A stretch of DNA of 32,000 nt, taken from NCBI GenBank assembly GCA_016700135.1, contig CP065004.1, forward strand, positions 720,001-752,000, in the 5' to 3' direction. Below are positions 29,139 to 32,000 of this stretch, in pieces. Source of the DNA: Candidatus Saccharimonadota bacterium. GTDB taxonomy: Bacteria > Patescibacteriota > Microgenomatia > UBA1406 > GWC2-37-13. The notes below the pieces were generated by a model, which saw only the letters and a list, made by a program, of their open reading frames with translations, had not been told where the DNA came from and did no database searches. Both the position numbers and the translations under genes were made by a program. Positions within the stretch are counted from its first letter, which is position 1. Each line of letters begins with the position of its first letter.

Positions 29139-29233
29139 ATTCGTTTTTTCCTAAATCAAATAAAGTATATTGCATTCTGCAACCCTTTATGATATCATAA
29201 AAAATCTTGACTTAAAAATCTCTTTTAAACTAT

Positions 29234-29518
29234 ATGGAATGTTATCACTGTGGAAAAGGAATTATGTACGGCAGATCTCATACGCACCACCGAGGTGTGG
29301 CGGGAGGTCGATGGAAAAAGCGTGCCCAAAAGACACAGCGATTGTTCCGACCGAATCTTCAGCCTGTCACTATTCTTGATCAGGGAAAAGAAGTCCGTGT
29401 CAAACTCTGCATGAAATGCCTCAAGAGAGTGAAAAAAGACATCATGGACGGAAAAAAACCGTTTGTCCAGATGAAAAATGTCCCGGCAAATGTAGTGCCT
29501 GTTGAGGCAGCTGCCTAA
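29234..29518 (+). CDS. rpmB: 50S ribosomal protein L28 (with a Lys-rich C-terminal extension)
   Basis: MECYHCGKGIMYGRSHTHHRGVAGGRWKKRAQKTQRLFRPNLQPV fits the L28 pattern C-x2-CGK-x4-G-x2-SH...R-x-F-x-PNLQ. Confidence 0.85.
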   Translation: MECYHCGKGIMYGRSHTHHRGVAGGRWKKRAQKTQRLFRPNLQPVTILDQGKEVRVKLCMKCLKRVKKDIMDGKKPFVQMKNVPANVVPVEAAA

Positions 29519-29520
29519 AT

Positions 29521-30048
29521 TTATACTTTCATTTCGTGAAGTTCTCCGTTCCGTTCTTCATATAAAGGAGATTGCTGTTCCATAGCGCGTGCCGTAAAGA
29601 GTATGCCGTTTAGGTGATCCACTTCATGCTGCATAATGACCGCTTTAAAGCCTTCAAACCATTCTTCACGTTTTTCTCCGTCAAGTGTCTGGTATGTAAG
29701 CAGTACCTTTTGAGGCCTTTCAATAGGAGACCAGATCCGGTCTACCGAAAGACAGCCTTCGAGAGTCGTTTTGCCGTCTTTCTTTTCCACGGGGATATCA
29801 ACTATTTTCAGAAGTTTAGGATTGATATACTCACGTACTTTTGCCCGTTTGTCAGGGCGAGTCACAAAAAGCGAAAGTCCCACTCCGACCTGAGGTGCCG
29901 CAAGTCCGACTCCTTCGGGATCTTTTGCGGCAATAAGAGTTTCTGCCATATCTTTTATGAGCTTTTTCAGTCGTTCATCAAATTGTTTTACGGGTTTTGC
30001 GGGAGTGCTCAAAACTTTGTTTGGCACCTTCACAAGCGGTAAAATCAT
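29521..30048 (-). CDS. def: peptide deformylase
   Basis: GVGLAAPQVG (motif 1), EGCLS (motif 2), QHEVDHLNG (motif 3, HExxH). Start moved to ATG 30048 (MILPLVKVPNKVL) from the track's 30150, because TGtTATAAT lies 6 nt upstream. The longer ORF would also overlap the divergent GT2 gene. Confidence 0.9.
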   Translation of the reverse strand: MILPLVKVPNKVLSTPAKPVKQFDERLKKLIKDMAETLIAAKDPEGVGLAAPQVGVGLSLFVTRPDKRAKVREYINPKLLKIVDIPVEKKDGKTTLEGCLSVDRIWSPIERPQKVLLTYQTLDGEKREEWFEGFKAVIMQHEVDHLNGILFTARAMEQQSPLYEERNGELHEMKV

Positions 30049-30063
30049 GTTCATATTATAACA
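30049..30063 (-). promoter_or_regulatory. extended -10 TGtTATAAT (30055-30063, minus) exactly 6 nt upstream of def ATG 30048
   Basis: The minus strand reads cTGTTATAATatgaacATG. Confidence 0.55.
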
Positions 30064-30103
30064 GACTGAACTCAAATCCTTTAGCAAAATAGTCGATTTA
30101 GAG

Positions 30104-30115
30104 TATACTATCAGT
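30104..30115 (+). promoter_or_regulatory. -10 box TATACT (30104-30109) exactly 6 nt upstream of ATG 30116
   Basis: Sequence is gagTATACTatcagtATG. Confidence 0.5.
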
Positions 30116-30886
30116 ATGGCAAAATTATCCCTTTGTATCGCAACTTTCAATGAAGAGGAGTTTATCCGTTACCCGCTTGATTCAGTGTATGATATTGTTG
30201 AAGAAGTTATTATTGTGGACGGCGGTTCCGAGGATAAAACGTTAGAAATTGCCAAATCATACGGCTCTAAAGTAACTATTTACAATGAAGACAATCCGGC
30301 AATGTTCCATATCAATAAGCAAAAGGCGATTGAGAAGGCCACAGGAGATTGGATTTTACAGCTCGATGCTGATGAGGCCGTGAGCCCAGAACTTAAAGAT
30401 GAGATTATCCGTATCATTGAGGGGAAAACAACAGAGGAGTATGACGGGTATTGGATTCCACGGAGAAACTGGTTTTTGACAAAATTTCTGGAAAAAGGAG
30501 GTATATATCCCGACTCTACAATCAGATTGTATAAAAAAGGGAAAGCACATTTTCCCTGTAAAAATGTCCATGAAAATGTGGATATAAAGGGAAAAGTCGG
30601 AACACTTCATAAAGATATACTGCACTACGCAGATCCGACATTTGAACGATACTTAAGTCGTTGGAATCGTTATACAACGTTGGATGCGAAAGAACTCGTC
30701 AAGAAAAAACAGGAACTTTGTGGGTTGTGTTATTTCGTAATGAAGCCGTTAGGCACATTTTTGAGCATTTACATCCGTCATAAGGGTTTTCAGGACGGCT
30801 TTGCGGGCTTTGTCTGGGCACTCTTTTCTTCAATCCGCTGGTGGGTGATTTATGTAAAAGTCCGGACTCTCAGTAATAAATCCTAG
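30116..30886 (+). CDS. glycosyltransferase family 2 (GT-A fold)
   Basis: LSLCIATFNEEEFIRYPLDSV...VIIVDGGSEDKTLEIAK...ILQLDADE (DxD). A C-terminal hydrophobic segment is present (FVWALFSSIRWWVIYV). Confidence 0.9.
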   Translation: MAKLSLCIATFNEEEFIRYPLDSVYDIVEEVIIVDGGSEDKTLEIAKSYGSKVTIYNEDNPAMFHINKQKAIEKATGDWILQLDADEAVSPELKDEIIRIIEGKTTEEYDGYWIPRRNWFLTKFLEKGGIYPDSTIRLYKKGKAHFPCKNVHENVDIKGKVGTLHKDILHYADPTFERYLSRWNRYTTLDAKELVKKKQELCGLCYFVMKPLGTFLSIYIRHKGFQDGFAGFVWALFSSIRWWVIYVKVRTLSNKS

Positions 30887-30977
30887 CTCGATACCCTTTT
30901 TTTAGTGCTCTGTGGGCGTGCTCGTGCCTGCGCATCTCCCAAGTCGCAAAAAAAATGGTATCTTCGCTTTTTCTGTA

Positions 30978-32000
30978 TTATGCCCCGATTTTGAACTCCA
31001 CGACATCGCCGTCTTTCATTTCATGATCACGACCGACGATCTGCACTTTTCCTGCCTCACGGGCTTTTGTCCATCCGCCGATTTCAACAAAGGTTTGGAA
31101 GGGTACAATATCGGCTTTAATAAACTTCTTTTCAAAATCCGTATGAATTGCTGCTGCAGCTTGCGGTGCAAGAGTCCCGGCAGGGATAGTCCACGCACGT
31201 GCTTCAAGTTCACCTCCTGTGAGGAATGAGATAAGTCCGAGTGTTTCATATGCCTTCTTGATAAGACGATTGAGACCCGTTTCTTTGAGTCCGTACTGAT
31301 TCAGATATTCTTTCTGATCTGATTCGTCTAAAGCCAGGACTTCATTTTCGAGCTTGGCATTAAGATAGAGAGCATTGGCTGGAAGATGTTTGTCATCCTG
31401 AGCATGCGCGAAGGATCCATTCGTTGACATTGCTGGATTCTTCACTTCGTTCAGAATGACACGTATTTTCTCTTCAATCGTTTCTTTGTCCATCAACTGC
31501 CCCTCCGAGACATTAAAAACATAAATTACCGGCTTCATAGTCAGAAGATGAAGGTCTTTTGCAGCTTCTGTTTCGTCATCCGTTAGTCTGAGGGTTCGTG
31601 CAGGATTTCCGGCGTTGAGATGGTTTTTGAGTTTGATAACGGCATCTGCTCTATGTCCTTCTTCTTTTGTGGCTTTGGCACGGGCTGCGACTGACAGATC
31701 TTTCTGCTTTTCAAGAGTTGCAAGATCTGCAAGGACAAGTTCGGTTTCTATCGTTGAAATGTCACGAAGAGGATCGACGGTGTTTGCGACATGGAGTACG
31801 TTGTCATCTTCAAAAAGACGGACTACGTGCGCAATAGCCGCTACTTCACGGATATGGGACAAAAATTTATTTCCCAGACCTTCTCCTTGTGAAGCCCCGG
31901 CAACAAGTCCGGCTATGTCATAAAATTCGACGACTGCCGGTACAATTTTTTGAGTGTTTACGATTTCGGCAATCTTCGGCAGACGCTCATCCGGTACCTC
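30978..32000 (-). CDS. ychF: ribosome-binding ATPase YchF (N-terminal G-domain start lies beyond the window end)
   Basis: The ORF stays open in frame to position 32000 ([71 protein letters not shown]). The C-terminal part is [39 protein letters not shown]...[15 protein letters not shown], the YchF TGS-like domain. The track's Met at 31862 is internal. Confidence 0.9.
   Translation of the reverse strand, partial: EVPDERLPKIAEIVNTQKIVPAVVEFYDIAGLVAGASQGEGLGNKFLSHIREVAAIAHVVRLFEDDNVLHVANTVDPLRDISTIETELVLADLATLEKQKDLSVAARAKATKEEGHRADAVIKLKNHLNAGNPARTLRLTDDETEAAKDLHLLTMKPVIYVFNVSEGQLMDKETIEEKIRVILNEVKNPAMSTNGSFAHAQDDKHLPANALYLNAKLENEVLALDESDQKEYLNQYGLKETGLNRLIKKAYETLGLISFLTGGELEARAWTIPAGTLAPQAAAAIHTDFEKKFIKADIVPFQTFVEIGGWTKAREAGKVQIVGRDHEMKDGDVVEFKIGA

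Noticed and set aside
30887-30977. The 91-bp GT2/ychF convergent spacer, considered as a small RNA, tRNA or bidirectional terminator.
   Set aside because: There is no cloverleaf-compatible pairing. I found only a short GATACC/GGTATC complement separated by ~60 nt. The A8 and T7 runs are not adjacent to a stable stem.
30912-31229. 105-aa plus-strand ORF downstream of the GT2 gene.
   Set aside because: It is antisense to the strongly recognisable C-terminal domain of ychF.
31380-31470. An extra ~12-15 residues in YchF (around [23 protein letters not shown]) relative to the E. coli protein, considered as an insertion of interest.
   Set aside because: It falls in the variable helical/coiled insertion domain of YchF, where length variation is normal. 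The judgement also rests on my recollection of the E. coli sequence rather than on an alignment.
1-32000. An alternative genetic code (UGA recoded as in Gracilibacteria/Absconditabacteria, or another reassignment).
   Set aside because: Recognisable genes end at TGA, TAA and TAG where the family lengths predict (for example, GT4 ends at TGA 6309-6311 and GT2 at TAG 30884-30886). ORFs of 4.4 and 3.9 kb are open in code 11. Nothing requires recoding.

Overview
Compact bacterial window read in the standard genetic code. Most intergenic gaps are under 100 bp. I support 28 CDS and found no rRNA, tRNA, CRISPR array, transposase or integrase. Small housekeeping genes, many lineage-specific ORFans and surface proteins with Pro/Thr linkers suggest a reduced Patescibacteria/CPR-like genome, but that is only an inference.

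Housekeeping genes: transaldolase, pth, a GalT-like HIT enzyme, an M50 site-2 protease, rpmB, def and ychF. Envelope and sugar genes: a GH18-like hydrolase, two GT4 genes, a DUF218 gene and a GT2 gene. These surround two accessory blocks.

- Block A (9.2-20.2 kb) has five proteins with no family I can name. It is organised as two divergent units around a 49-bp control region. It includes a tail-anchored coiled-coil protein, a ~1483-aa protein with four copies of an internal 'GWP' module, a small acidic protein, and a 1291-aa protein with a GT-A-like DxD glycosyltransferase core between long charged low-complexity regions.
- Block B (20.5-28.5 kb) is a six-gene cohesin/dockerin surface-assembly locus. 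It has two secreted proteins ending in a four-cysteine dockerin-like module, a membrane-anchored protein with two cohesin-like modules plus a canonical dockerin, and two further cohesin-like proteins (one TM-anchored, one with an LPASG sorting signal). It also has a TM-anchored FN3 protein. I recognise no catalytic domain in it. A divergently transcribed excisionase-type HTH gene lies next to it.

A third signal runs across the window. Thirteen genes have a -10-like hexamer exactly 6 nt upstream of an ATG, and seven -10 boxes (five of these 13 plus the N8 and second N6 cases) carry an extended TGn. This implies mostly leaderless transcripts and moves several start codons. A smaller ORFan operon (1766-4004) contains a TTGA stop/start junction that could instead be a frameshift.
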